A stretch of 61,146 bases of DNA, the filler included. It is 9 parts of 9 records of this genome, joined end to end, with 100 filler letters (N's around TTAATTAATTAA, not from the genome) between each part and the next. Parts side by side here need not be neighbours in the genome. Positions count along the whole stretch, not along the records: positions 1 to 10,288 come from SRR31156797_45300; positions 10,389 to 17,955 come from SRR31156797_45315; 7 more parts are not named here. One strand, written 5' to 3'. Each line of letters opens with the position of its first letter. The first letter of the stretch is position 1. Below are positions 7,922-18,055 of this stretch, piece by piece. Below the pieces are notes generated by a model that was given only the letters and a program-made list of their open reading frames with translations, ran no database searches and was not told the DNA's origin. Both the position numbers and the translations under genes were made by a program.

Positions 7922-10288
7922 ATGCAACTTCTTACAACAAAATTTCATATTCCTGGGTTTAATGTTGATGCGACTATTTCCAGGGAGCGGCTAAGCCGTC
8001 TTATTGGTGCTAATTGTTCCATTGTCATTATTTCGGCCCCGGCGGGGTTTGGAAAGACCACATTGTTGAGTGAATGGGTGGGCAATTGCAAGAGCCCGGT
8101 GGCATGGGTGTCCCTTGAAAAAAGTGAGGATGTGCCCGGGGTGTTCTGGAGCTATTTGATCACGGCGGTTTCTTCTGTTTTGGGCGGTTGCGGCAGGAAT
8201 GCCCTTGAGCAGATCAAGTCTTCCGGCGTATCTTCCATTGAAAATATCCTGATCGGTCTGATCAATGAGATCGAGGCGGATGGAACCGGCTTTACCCTTG
8301 TTCTGGATGACTATCATGTTATTTCGGATGGTTTGATTCGTACGGGGATCGAATTTCTGATCGATCATCTTCCTTCCAATATGCGGATCATCATTTCCGG
8401 GCGGGAAGATCCCCGGCTGTCGCTTTCAAAATTCCGTTTGTCGGGGAAGCTGGCCGAGATCCGGGCGGGGCAGTTCCGTTTTAGTGCCGATGAAGCGGAA
8501 GCCCTTTTGAATACGGTCCATGGCCTTGATCTGAACAAGGAAGATATTGCTTCTTTGCGGGATAAGACCGAAGGGTGGATTGCAGGTCTTGCCCTTGCGA
8601 TTCTGTCCATCAAGGAGCAGAAGGACCGGCGGTCGTTTATCAATGCTTTTACGGGAAGCCACCGGTATATCATTGATTATCTGGTGGAAGAGGTGTTGTC
8701 CGGGCTTGGGGCGGATGTCAGGGAGTTTATGCTGAAGATCGCGATCCTTGAGCGGTTTTGTCCTGGGCTGTGCGAGGCTGTTACGGAGAATCCCGAAAGC
8801 TCCGGGATTCTGATGGATATGGAGCAGAGCAATTTGTTTCTGATTCCATTGGACGACCATCGGGAGTGGTTCCGCTATCATCATCTTTTCAGGGAATTCC
8901 TTTTGAAAAATCTCATGGAAACCCATGCCGGTGAAGTGAAGGGGCTCCATGGGAAGGCGTTTCTCTGGCTGAAGGACGAGGGGGGCGGTACGGAAGCTTT
9001 TAACCATGGGGTGCTGGCTGAACAGTACGAGGCGGCGGCGGAGCTTCTGGCGGAGAATGCGCCCGGCTTGATCACGGAATCCGGCGGATATCGGCTGAAG
9101 GGGTTTATTGACCGGTTGCCGGAGGAGAATGTCCGCAATCATCCTGAATTGTGCTGTTATGCCGTGTGGCTGGATGTTCTTGCCGGTGATTTTGGTTCCG
9201 TGGATTATCTTCATCAGGAGGGCTTCAAGGGAAATGAAACGGTTGCCGGGTTTATCTCCTTGATAAAAGGATACCGGTATTTTTACCAGACGGGGGAGTT
9301 TGGAAAAAGTATCAATGAGATAAAGGTGTGTCTTCGGTTGCTGCCGGAGAAAAATGGTTTTGCCCGTGACATGGGAGAACTTGTACTGGGGCTTTCTTTG
9401 CTGTACAGCGGCGATATGCGGTCTGCGTTCGAGTATATTGAAAAAATATCACTGGACGATGAGATGCCTGTTTTGAGGGCCATCTGTTATGCGGACGTGC
9501 TCTATGTGATGGGGAAACTTGGGAAGGCGCTCTCTTTTATCGACAGAACCATTGAAAACGGAATTCGGGTGTATGGGGAAGATCTTATTTCGGAATATGG
9601 TTTCCTTTATATCTTCAAGGGCGATATCCTGCGGGAAATGAATGATATCGGGGGGGCGTTGAAGGCCTGCCGGAGGGGATTGTACCTTGCCCGGAACAAT
9701 GAGTATATCGAAGTCGTTTTTCTGGGAAATCTGATGTATGCGCGGGTGCTTGCGGCGGACAATAACCATGGGGAAGCTGAAAGGGCCATGGCGGTGTCCG
9801 TTGAGGCCGTAAGGGGCAGTTCCAAATGGGCAGAGTTCATGTCAAGGGCCCATGAGGTCAGGATCAAACTTGCCAGTGGCAATGTGGAGGGGGCCGAAGA
9901 ACTGCTGAAACGGATGGTGGATTTCTCAGCCACGGAAGTTCCTTATTATGAATTTCACCAGTATCTGAGCTTTTGCCGGTATTGTCTCCTTAAAGAAGAT
10001 TTTGGGCGGGTGCATGGGATTACGGATGCCATGATCCGGGAGGATCTTCCTGTTAAACGGACCGGGCGGCTGATTGAATGCTATGTGCTCAAGGCGCTGG
10101 CCTTTCATGGGGAGCAGGAGATGGACCGGGCCATTGAAGTTTTGGGGAAAGCCTTTGAACTTTCTGAAAAGGAGGGGCATGTCCGGGTTTATATCGATGA
10201 GGGGGAGGGCATCCAGGCGTTGTTTGCGGAAGCGTTGAAACGGGGGCTTCTGCCGGAGTATCTGAAGAAGTATGTTGACGGGGGTGAA
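7922..10288 (+). CDS. MalT-like ATP-dependent LuxR-family transcriptional regulator, 3'-truncated
   Basis: LLTTKF, SAPAGFGKTT, LVLDDYH, TEGWIAGL, DYLVEEVL and WFRYHHLF motifs; the HTH lies beyond the contig end. Confidence 0.9.
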
Positions 10289-10388
10289 NNNNNNNNNNNN
10301 NNNNNNNNNNNNNNNNNNNNNNNNNNNNNNNNTTAATTAATTAANNNNNNNNNNNNNNNNNNNNNNNNNNNNNNNNNNNNNNNNNNNN
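10289..10388. other. Artificial contig spacer (N44-TTAATTAATTAA-N44). Identical spacers at 17956-18055, 24402-24501, 30276-30375, 35508-35607, 44245-44344, 49640-49739 and 56006-56105.
   Basis: An identical 100-bp linker with stops in all six frames occurs eight times, and genes are truncated at its borders. Confidence 0.98.
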
Positions 10389-10618
10389 TGAAACAGCGGG
10401 TCAAGAGCCGAAAGGGCCACCTCTCCAACCAGGAGGCGGCAGCCCTTGTCTGTGATGTGAGAACCCCTGTTCTGGACCATGTGATCCTGGCCCATCTAAG
10501 CGAACAGAACAACCGTCCCGAGATGGCGCTCCAGGCCATGACCGGAGCCCTGGACGCCCCCCATATCAAGGTTGAGGTGGCACGGCCGGATCTCCCGGGT
10601 TCCCTTATCGAGTTGTGA
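10389..10618 (+). CDS. C-terminal fragment of an MBL-fold metallohydrolase (YycJ/WalJ-like)
   Basis: Translated by hand from 10391: KQRVKSRKGHLSNQEAA...VILAHLSEQNNRPEMA...IEL*. Confidence 0.75.
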
Positions 10619-10631
10619 TCGGGGCCATCTC

Positions 10632-12860
10632 CTAGGACAGGGTTTTCTTGTCGTGGAGCATGGCTTTTATCTTGTCCAGAAAGTCGGTGGCGGCATCCCC
10701 TGTGGCAATGGAGTCGGTCTCATTCAGGGCTTCAAGCATCTGAATGGCGCTCAGCCGGTTTTCCGCTCCCCGTATCAGCTTGGGAATGGCCGCGATGGCC
10801 CGCTCCTCGTCAAACTGAAGCAGCTTCACCTGCTCGTGCATTTTTTCCTTCAGGTCCACCTCGCTGGTTTTGGTCATGATGTTGTGGATGGTGACAAGTT
10901 TCCGGATATATTTCAGTTCCTCCTGGGTGATGGTGTGGTCCTTTCCGATCAATGCGGCCATCAGCCGGAAGAGTCCCTTGACAAAGCCGCCCTTATCCAT
11001 GGCGGCACGCATTTGCCGCTCCTCCTCTTTCTTTTTTTGCAGGCTCTTCTCCTGCATTTCCTGTTTCAGGGTTTCCTCTTTTTCCGTGATTTCACTGATG
11101 CGGTCTTCAAAGGCATCCCGGATAAAGGGGGTGCCGTAGAGGCTCCTGAAGCAGAACTCCTGGGCGTCGTCCCGGATATCCCGGTAGCTGTCCAAAAGAC
11201 CTGCCCAGGCCTTGGCGTTGCTCTTTTCCAGGGATCGAAACAGGTTGTCCTCGGAGACCTCCCGGCGGCTCTCCTTCACCAGGGGCGCCCAGGCCTTGAA
11301 CGGGGCCATCCAGGGATTTTTGTCTGAAAAGAGATACCGGGACCAGCGAAGGGGGTTGGCCTGCCGCAGCATTTCAGCGGAATATTCCGTTGTCCATAGT
11401 TTGACCCAGGGACTCACAAATGTCTGGTAGCACTCATCGTTGAAGTCTGACACCGCCGATACCACCCGGAAATCCTCTTCCTCCAGGGTGCCGTCGTCCA
11501 GTTCGAGGATTTGGTCCATGGTGCGCTCTTCGAATTTGACGTCGTAGTCGCCGGTTTCAACCGTTTTCTCTCCTTCCGTGATGACCATCTCGTAGAGGCC
11601 CGGGTTCAGGTAGTGCATGAGGTCGATGCTGCCGATGATCTCCTTGTGCTCTTTTTTCGACACCTTGCTCGACACAAAGATACCCAGATGGCCAATGGTC
11701 TGGTGGACCAGGTAGACCACCACCTGACCCTGGCGCTTGATCTCCTCCTCGGATTCCCACACCTTGACGATCCAGTTGAGGGCCTGCTGGGGCGGGGTGA
11801 TGTTGTCGCCGCTGGAGGCAAATACCAGAATCGGTTCCTTGATGTTCTTAAGGTCGATCCGGGTGTTCTCGTCCAGTTCCAGCAGCCCCTGCTCCAGCCG
11901 GTTGCCCACAAAGAGGTTGGCCACGATGAAGTGGATCTCCTCGGAGGTCATGTAGTAGTAGCCGTTCCACCATTTTTCGAAATCCAGGTAGCGTTTCTCT
12001 TCGGTATCCACCTTGGAGTAGACGTTGTACTGTTTGGTCCAGAAGGTGTTGGCCGGGTTCAGATCTTCAAACCCCGCCACCAGGTTGGCCCCGTCAAACT
12101 TACCGTCGCCAAGGTCGCTCCACAGGGAGGCCATCCAGGTGCCGCCGGTAAGGCCGCCCTTGTAGCGCATGGGGTTTTTGCCCTCCACACCGGCCCAGTA
12201 GGAGAGGGGGGAGCCGTTGAACACCAGGGGGCCGGTGATATCGGGCTGGTCGGCTGCGATCAGGGCCGAGGCCCATCCCCCCTGGCAGTTGCCGATGAGG
12301 GCGGGCTTCTCCGCCTCCGGGTGAAGGCGGCGGATCTCTTTGATGAATTTGACCTGGCTGCGCTGGACATCGGCCAGGGTCTGGTCCGGCTCCGGATCCG
12401 GGCGGAAGAGAATAAAATAGACGGGATGGCCCAGGGTCAGGGCGATGCCGATCTCCGAGTCCCGTTTGGACCCGCCGATGCCGGGGCCGTGGCCCGCCCG
12501 TGGATCGACGATGACAATGGGGCGCCGGTTCAATTCGGAAGGCGCTTCGTCCACCTGAACGGTCCGGCGGTCCTCCTCAGTTCTTTCTTGCTTGAACACC
12601 TTTTGTTTCCGGCGATCCCGGATCTTGGCCAGGAGAAAGTTGACAGGCCGGTCAAAGGTCCTTCCATCCATGACCACATCGTAGTCAAAGGTGAGAACCG
12701 GAGGGTTGCCCTTGGCCATGTGCTCATGATAGATGTCCCCCCGTTTTCGCAGGACGTCCATGAACAGGATCGATCTCTGCCATGCATCATCAAGGTATTC
12801 CCATGCGTCGCTGAGAAGGGTTCTGCCTGACGCCTCTGTGCCTGATTGCTGCTGCTCCAT
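10632..12860 (-). CDS. DUF3141 family alpha/beta-hydrolase-fold protein (PHA synthase/depolymerase-like)
   Basis: DPRAGHGPGIGG, GNCQGGW nucleophile box, GSPLSYWAG, GDNITPPQQAL and GHLGIFVS; start placed at the ATG after AGGAGG. Confidence 0.85.
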   Translation of the reverse strand: MEQQQSGTEASGRTLLSDAWEYLDDAWQRSILFMDVLRKRGDIYHEHMAKGNPPVLTFDYDVVMDGRTFDRPVNFLLAKIRDRRKQKVFKQERTEEDRRTVQVDEAPSELNRRPIVIVDPRAGHGPGIGGSKRDSEIGIALTLGHPVYFILFRPDPEPDQTLADVQRSQVKFIKEIRRLHPEAEKPALIGNCQGGWASALIAADQPDITGPLVFNGSPLSYWAGVEGKNPMRYKGGLTGGTWMASLWSDLGDGKFDGANLVAGFEDLNPANTFWTKQYNVYSKVDTEEKRYLDFEKWWNGYYYMTSEEIHFIVANLFVGNRLEQGLLELDENTRIDLKNIKEPILVFASSGDNITPPQQALNWIVKVWESEEEIKRQGQVVVYLVHQTIGHLGIFVSSKVSKKEHKEIIGSIDLMHYLNPGLYEMVITEGEKTVETGDYDVKFEERTMDQILELDDGTLEEEDFRVVSAVSDFNDECYQTFVSPWVKLWTTEYSAEMLRQANPLRWSRYLFSDKNPWMAPFKAWAPLVKESRREVSEDNLFRSLEKSNAKAWAGLLDSYRDIRDDAQEFCFRSLYGTPFIRDAFEDRISEITEKEETLKQEMQEKSLQKKKEEERQMRAAMDKGGFVKGLFRLMAALIGKDHTITQEELKYIRKLVTIHNIMTKTSEVDLKEKMHEQVKLLQFDEERAIAAIPKLIRGAENRLSAIQMLEALNETDSIATGDAATDFLDKIKAMLHDKKTLS

Positions 12861-13086
12861 GTCTTCCTCCTGTGATCTCGTGTTGGCCGAAACTTTAAAC
12901 GTCGTCCATAGCCACCCGGGGCTGACGCTGTGCCCGGCTGTTGACAATAACAAAAAGAAAATCCACGGCCCATGGAAATGCCATGAAACCGGTTCGATGG
13001 TGGTGTGTGCGAATTGTTGGTTATAATTTACGGATTTGATCTGGATGCTTTAATCCTGAAAACTATAGCCAAATTGTGATTTTAAA

Positions 13087-13145
13087 GTCAAGCAAGAACT
13101 CAAATAACTTGTTTGCTTGACACTCCGGTCTGGTTTGTATAGAAG
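13087..13145. promoter_or_regulatory. Putative back-to-back promoters with a 9-bp inverted repeat (GTCAAGCAA...TTGCTTGAC)
   Basis: TTGACA on + at 13117-13122 and TTGACT on - lie inside the inverted repeat, between divergent genes. Confidence 0.4.
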
Positions 13146-13219
13146 TCTAGTCTATTGGTTCCCGGACAGCAGCCCTGCCGGGGAGCCGAGGTCATTTTAA
13201 CCAATCCGGGAGAGTTGTT

Positions 13220-14128
13220 TTGAACCTTGTCGCCCTGATCCTGATCACCGTCTCCGCCGTGATGCATGCCGGCTGGAATCTCCTTGGCAAGCATGAGCAT
13301 CCGGATGCCGCATTTTTCCTGGTTGCCACCTTTTTTGGCAGCCTCATGATGGTGCCCGTGGTGATGTTCTGGTTTCCCTTTCTTCCCGGGATTTCCGTCT
13401 ATGCCTGGCTGCTCACCGCTCTTGGGGGCTTGTTCCAGGCCCTTTATTACGTCACCCTGGCCTTTGCCTATCGCCATGGCGAGATGTCCGTTGCCTATCC
13501 CATTTCCCGCTCCTTCCCCCTGGTGTTGGTGGTGCTGGTCTCCCTGGCCCTGGGCAAGGGGGCGGAGATCTCCGGGCTTTGCCTTGCAGGGGTGGCTGCC
13601 ATTGTGGCAGGAAGCGTTTTGCTGCCCATGGCCCGGTTCCGGGATGTCCGGTTGAAGGCCTACGCCAATCTTTCCTCCCTGATGGCCCTGGTGGTGGCCT
13701 GCACCACGGCCGGCTATTCCGTGGTGGACGATGTTGCCCTTTCCATCCTTGTGCCTGCCCTGGAGGGGGATCTTCAGTTTTGCAGCATCTCTTTGCTGTA
13801 CCTTTTTTTTCAGAACGGTTTTGCCATTTTGTTTCTTGCCCTCATGACCCTTCCCAAGGAAAACGGGCGCAAACGGGTCCGGGAGATCTGGCGCCATCGG
13901 CTCAGGAATACGGTGATTGCCGGCATTGGTGTCACCGCCACCTACAGTCTGGTGTTGATGGCGATGACCGTTGCCGACAACGTCACCTATGTGGTGGCTT
14001 TTCGCCAGATCAGTATCCCCCTTGGCACCGTGCTCGGGGTGCTGGTGCTGAAGGAGCAACGGGCCATGCCCAAGCTGGTTGGGATCTCCGTCATCTCCCT
14101 GGGGCTTGTGTGCGTCGCCCTGGGATAG
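13220..14128 (+). CDS. EamA/DMT family transporter
   Basis: About 10 hydrophobic segments; MHAGWNLLGK, AYRHGEMSVAYPISRS and GVLVLKE motifs. Confidence 0.9.
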   Translation: MNLVALILITVSAVMHAGWNLLGKHEHPDAAFFLVATFFGSLMMVPVVMFWFPFLPGISVYAWLLTALGGLFQALYYVTLAFAYRHGEMSVAYPISRSFPLVLVVLVSLALGKGAEISGLCLAGVAAIVAGSVLLPMARFRDVRLKAYANLSSLMALVVACTTAGYSVVDDVALSILVPALEGDLQFCSISLLYLFFQNGFAILFLALMTLPKENGRKRVREIWRHRLRNTVIAGIGVTATYSLVLMAMTVADNVTYVVAFRQISIPLGTVLGVLVLKEQRAMPKLVGISVISLGLVCVALG

Positions 14129-14154
14129 TTCCCGGGAGCGGCCAAAGGGATTCC

Positions 14155-15636
14155 CTAGGCGTCTAAAATGGCCTTGAGCTCCTGGTCGATGCCTGCCCCC
14201 AGGGCGTTGATGTCGCCGTCGATGTTGCCCCTTTCCGCCCGGTCCAGGAGTCTGAAGAAGAGATCCGTAAGATAGTCGTTGGCCCGTTGGGAGACGCTTG
14301 TTTCCGCCTTGGCAAAGTAGATGGGCGACCCGGGATCCCCCATGCTTCGGAGAATGGTGTGGCAGGCCGCCACCACAAGGGTTGACATCCACCTCACCCC
14401 CTTGTCCACAAAGGTCACCTCTCCCTCGAATCCGAACATGCCGCCTTTGACCAGGCGGCCGGCCTGTTCAAATTCGGTATAGGCCGCGGTGCCCTTGAGC
14501 ACGATTTGGCAGTGGCACAGGAGGTTGGCCGTTCTTTCCAGGCGGTCCAGGAGGGTGTTTGCCATGAGAAAGTCGATGTTGTTCCTGAGGTCCGAAAGGG
14601 TGGCGTCCTGGACAAACATGAGAAACCCCACCTCCGGCTCGATGCCGTGGCGCCGGCACAGCTCGATGGCCCGGGTGCCCTGGGAGGGCCCGCTACTCTT
14701 GTTGATTTTTCCCAGCACCTGGGCTGATCCGCTCTCGATGCCCATGAGAAGCGAGGTGAAGCCCGCTTCCACCAAGTGGTGGAGGAGTTCGTCGTCCAGG
14801 TCCGAGGGCCGGGTTTCCATGCCAAAGGTGATCTTCATGGGCTTGATCAGGTCCATGAGTTTGAGTATCCGCTCTTTTCCCCGTTTTCCGGGCCCGATGA
14901 AGTTGGGATCCGTAAAGTAAAAATCCCTTGCCCCCTTGTCCACAAGGGATTGCATCTCCCGTGCGATCGCTTCCGGGGTGCGGCCCCGCCATAGGGGACC
15001 CTGGTTGTAAAACGAGGGCACGGGACAGAAGCTGCAATGGTTGTAGCAGCCCCGGCTGCCAAGGATGGAAACCGTGCCGTCAAGGGAGGGCCGCAGGGGC
15101 ACCGGGAAGATGTCGGGATTTTTTTCCGGCGGCCGCATTTGGAAGGCGCCGGGCGTCGGGGCGCTGTTCAGGGCCAGTCCCGGAATATGGGTGAGGGACC
15201 CTGTTTTTTCAAGGGTTGCGGCAAGTTCCACCAGGGTGTGTTCAAATTCTCCCACGGCAATGGAGTCCACCGCCTTTGCCGTGGCGAGGATCTCCCGGAA
15301 AACCAGGGTGGGAAAGAAGCCGAACAGGTTGATGTGGCCGGAGAATCCCTTGCTCTTCAGGCGGGTGAAGAGATCGAACAGCTGCGGGGTGTGCTCCCAG
15401 AAGTAGACGGCGTTGACGCACAGCAGGCCGGGATCTAAAGCAAGTATTTCCTGTTCGGCCCTGTCAAAGCTCCATCGTTGGCCGGCAGCGTCCATGAAGC
15501 AGGTGTCAAACCCGTTGGATTCAAGCATGGATGCGGCATAGCCGCCCATGAGGCAGGACCAGAGGGGGGTGTTGGCGATGTCGTTGAACCGTTTTTCCGA
15601 GAGTATTCTTGGGTGTTCGAGTACCAGGATGTTCAT
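14155..15636 (-). CDS. B12-binding domain radical SAM protein
   Basis: SRGCYNHCSFC motif with an N-terminal cobalamin-binding-like region; the start overlaps the upstream stop (ATGA). Confidence 0.9.
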   Translation of the reverse strand: MNILVLEHPRILSEKRFNDIANTPLWSCLMGGYAASMLESNGFDTCFMDAAGQRWSFDRAEQEILALDPGLLCVNAVYFWEHTPQLFDLFTRLKSKGFSGHINLFGFFPTLVFREILATAKAVDSIAVGEFEHTLVELAATLEKTGSLTHIPGLALNSAPTPGAFQMRPPEKNPDIFPVPLRPSLDGTVSILGSRGCYNHCSFCPVPSFYNQGPLWRGRTPEAIAREMQSLVDKGARDFYFTDPNFIGPGKRGKERILKLMDLIKPMKITFGMETRPSDLDDELLHHLVEAGFTSLLMGIESGSAQVLGKINKSSGPSQGTRAIELCRRHGIEPEVGFLMFVQDATLSDLRNNIDFLMANTLLDRLERTANLLCHCQIVLKGTAAYTEFEQAGRLVKGGMFGFEGEVTFVDKGVRWMSTLVVAACHTILRSMGDPGSPIYFAKAETSVSQRANDYLTDLFFRLLDRAERGNIDGDINALGAGIDQELKAILDA

Positions 15637-16964
15637 TGTGCCTCCAGGGGAAGTTTGAGCCGGGAAAAGACCCCTGCCTTGTGGCACCGGGCCTCGAGTT
15701 CGTGGAGAAGATGGGCATGGGGTTCCGGGTTGTGGTACACGGGGTAGAGCAGATCCGTGTCCGGGGAAAGCGCCCCGGATTTGATCAGCCGTTTGGTCAT
15801 GGGCGCACCGGGATAGAGCCGTACATGGTTGAAGATCACCGCCCCCAGGTTACCGGCGTTGGCATGGATCGAAAGGATCCGGTCCAGGGTCTCGATGGTT
15901 TCGGTTCTCTCCAGGTCCCCCTCTCCGGGCAGGTTGAGCAGAAAGTGGCACATGGTGAGGATGCCGTTGTCCGCCGTGACTTTCGCGGCGTCAAAGAGGT
16001 CCTGTTTGGTCATTTGTTTGTTCAACAGTTTCAGGCCGTGGTCCGTGAGGCTGTCCCCCGAGAAATAGATGGCCACGCAGCCTGCCTTTTGGGCAAGCTC
16101 AAGATTCTCCCGGGTGAGGGAGTCCTCCCGGAAGAATCCGGTCCAGGAGAGGTCGAGATTCCGGTTCACAAGTTCCCGGCAGAGGGCCTCAAAGTGCTCT
16201 TGGGGCCGGTTCACCACCGAATCGGTGAAGTGGAAGAGCTTGATCCCGAAGTCCCGGTTCAGGGACGCCATTTCATCCGCAATCTTGGAAGGGCTGCGCA
16301 GGCGCATGCCGCACCCCCCGAGGAAGGGGTAGAGACAGTAGCCGCACCAGAGGTCGCATCCCCGCTTGCCCTCGATACCCACGGCGGCAATATAGGCGTT
16401 GCCCTGGGTGTAGGAGAGGGGCGGGAAGGCGTCCACATCCATGGGCGGCAGCTCGTCCATGGAGAGCCTGGGACCCATGGGGTTTTCCACGATGGCGCCG
16501 TTGTTGCGCCACAGGATTCCGGGGATGGTGCCCGGATCGATCTCCGGTTCAAACAGGCGGGGAAAGATCAGCTCCCCTTCCCCTTTCAGGCCCATGTCCA
16601 GCTCGGGCACCTCTTTCATGAGCCGTTTTGCAAACAGGGAAAAGGCAGGACCCCCGGCCATGATTTTGGCTTCCGGGGCCAGGGTCCTTGCCAGGGCCGC
16701 CCCGGTTTTGAGGGAGGAGAGATAGGAGGCCTGGTGCCCGGCCAGGGGGTCGAGGTTCCGAAACGAGAGGGCAATGGCGTCGGGCCGGAACCCTTGGATT
16801 TTTTCCTTCAGGTCGGGCCAGGGGTCCATGGCGATGTTCATGTCCAGCACCTGCTTGTCGTGATGGGGGGGCAGGGTGCTTGACAGCCTGGACAGGCCTA
16901 ACGGATATACCTTTTCCCCGGCTCCCAGGTGGGAGGTGGGAAGTTGTACCAGCAATATTTTCAT
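15633..16964 (-). CDS. B12-binding domain radical SAM protein
   Basis: YPLGL, MAGGPAFS, KRGCDLWCGYCLYP and FTDSVVN motifs. Confidence 0.9.
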   Translation of the reverse strand: MKILLVQLPTSHLGAGEKVYPLGLSRLSSTLPPHHDKQVLDMNIAMDPWPDLKEKIQGFRPDAIALSFRNLDPLAGHQASYLSSLKTGAALARTLAPEAKIMAGGPAFSLFAKRLMKEVPELDMGLKGEGELIFPRLFEPEIDPGTIPGILWRNNGAIVENPMGPRLSMDELPPMDVDAFPPLSYTQGNAYIAAVGIEGKRGCDLWCGYCLYPFLGGCGMRLRSPSKIADEMASLNRDFGIKLFHFTDSVVNRPQEHFEALCRELVNRNLDLSWTGFFREDSLTRENLELAQKAGCVAIYFSGDSLTDHGLKLLNKQMTKQDLFDAAKVTADNGILTMCHFLLNLPGEGDLERTETIETLDRILSIHANAGNLGAVIFNHVRLYPGAPMTKRLIKSGALSPDTDLLYPVYHNPEPHAHLLHELEARCHKAGVFSRLKLPLEAQ

Positions 16965-16970
16965 CTATGA

Positions 16971-17955
16971 TTACTCCAGGACCAGAAGCCCGATATATTT
17001 GACATAGTTATGTTTCTCTTGAACAGGGGTGAGACTGAAGCCTGCGTTCCGGGCCGTGGTATACACATCGATGCCCGAGGCTTCCATGGCCGGCCGGGCC
17101 CGGTCCGGGTGGCGGCAGATGCCGGTGTCCGGGCAGGATGGGCAGACCGGGCAGGGGCCGGCCCCGAACACGAACGCCTTGTGAAATCCCGCCAGGAATG
17201 CGGTTTTCTCAAGGTTGAGCAGCCGTTGGTGGAAGTCCTTGCCCGGGGGCGCCCCCTGGACCAGGACCGCCCTGGTGTAGGTGTCGAGCATGGCCCGGGT
17301 TTCCTCGTGGTCCACGGTCTGGGGCGGGCACTGGAGGTTGTTGCCGAACCCGGCGCATCCGAACCGGCACTTCATCCGCACCCAGGGGGCCGTGACCACC
17401 TGGTCCGGGGAAAGGGGAACGGCCCTGTCAAATCCCAGGGTCAGGGCCATGTCGCACAGGTTGGCCCGGCCGCTCTTGAGGGTGCCGCTGCCCCGTACCA
17501 CCATGACGGCGGTGTCCGTGGTAAGATCGATGGTCTCCACGGGTGCCACCCCCATCCCTGCCAGCCAGGCCTCGATGGTGGCGGCCTCGTGGCAGGCGCC
17601 GTTATAGGTGTTGAGCATCATGGTGATATCGTAGAGCGCCCCTTTTTGGGGGGATCTGCCGGAACGGTCCGGAAAATAGTCGTGGATCACCAGCATGCCG
17701 TCGGGGGCGAGCAGGGAGATCGTCCTGTGGAGGAGCTCTTTTGCCTCATCCGGGCCATAGGCGTGGAGGAAGTTGCTCAGCACGATCAGGCCGAATTCCT
17801 GATCAAAGTCATGGCTCCTGAAGTCCCCGGACATGGGGGTGATTCTTTCCCAGGCACTCTTGTCCGGGTAGATTTCTTGGGCCGCTTCAATTACCTCTTC
17901 AAGGTCAAATAGCACGGCTTCCGTGTCCGGGCTCTCTGCAAGGATCGCCCGGGCA
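16971..17955 (-). CDS. SAM-dependent (O-)methyltransferase fused to a C-terminal DUF2284 Cys-rich domain, 5'-truncated
   Basis: LFDL...GDF...LSNFLH...PDGMLVIHD methyltransferase motifs, then KCRFGC...NLQCPP...GPCPVCPSC...ARPAMEASGIDV. Confidence 0.8.
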
Positions 17956-18055
17956 NNNNNNNNNNNNNNNNNNNNNNNNNNNNNNNNNNNNNNNNNNNNT
18001 TAATTAATTAANNNNNNNNNNNNNNNNNNNNNNNNNNNNNNNNNNNNNNNNNNNN

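Noticed and set aside
7922-10288. MalT-like STAND protein as a fifth defence cassette
   Set aside because: It has ordinary MalT/LuxR regulator motifs, GC-richer composition and no visible attC; it is more likely the flanking chromosomal gene.
10572-17912. Long antisense or alternative-frame ORFs (e.g. 11511-12830, 13100-14392, 15609-16883; likewise 50566-51639, 56236-57336, 58591-59646, 60346-61122)
   Set aside because: These are shadow ORFs of GC-rich genes whose opposite strand has clear family motifs.
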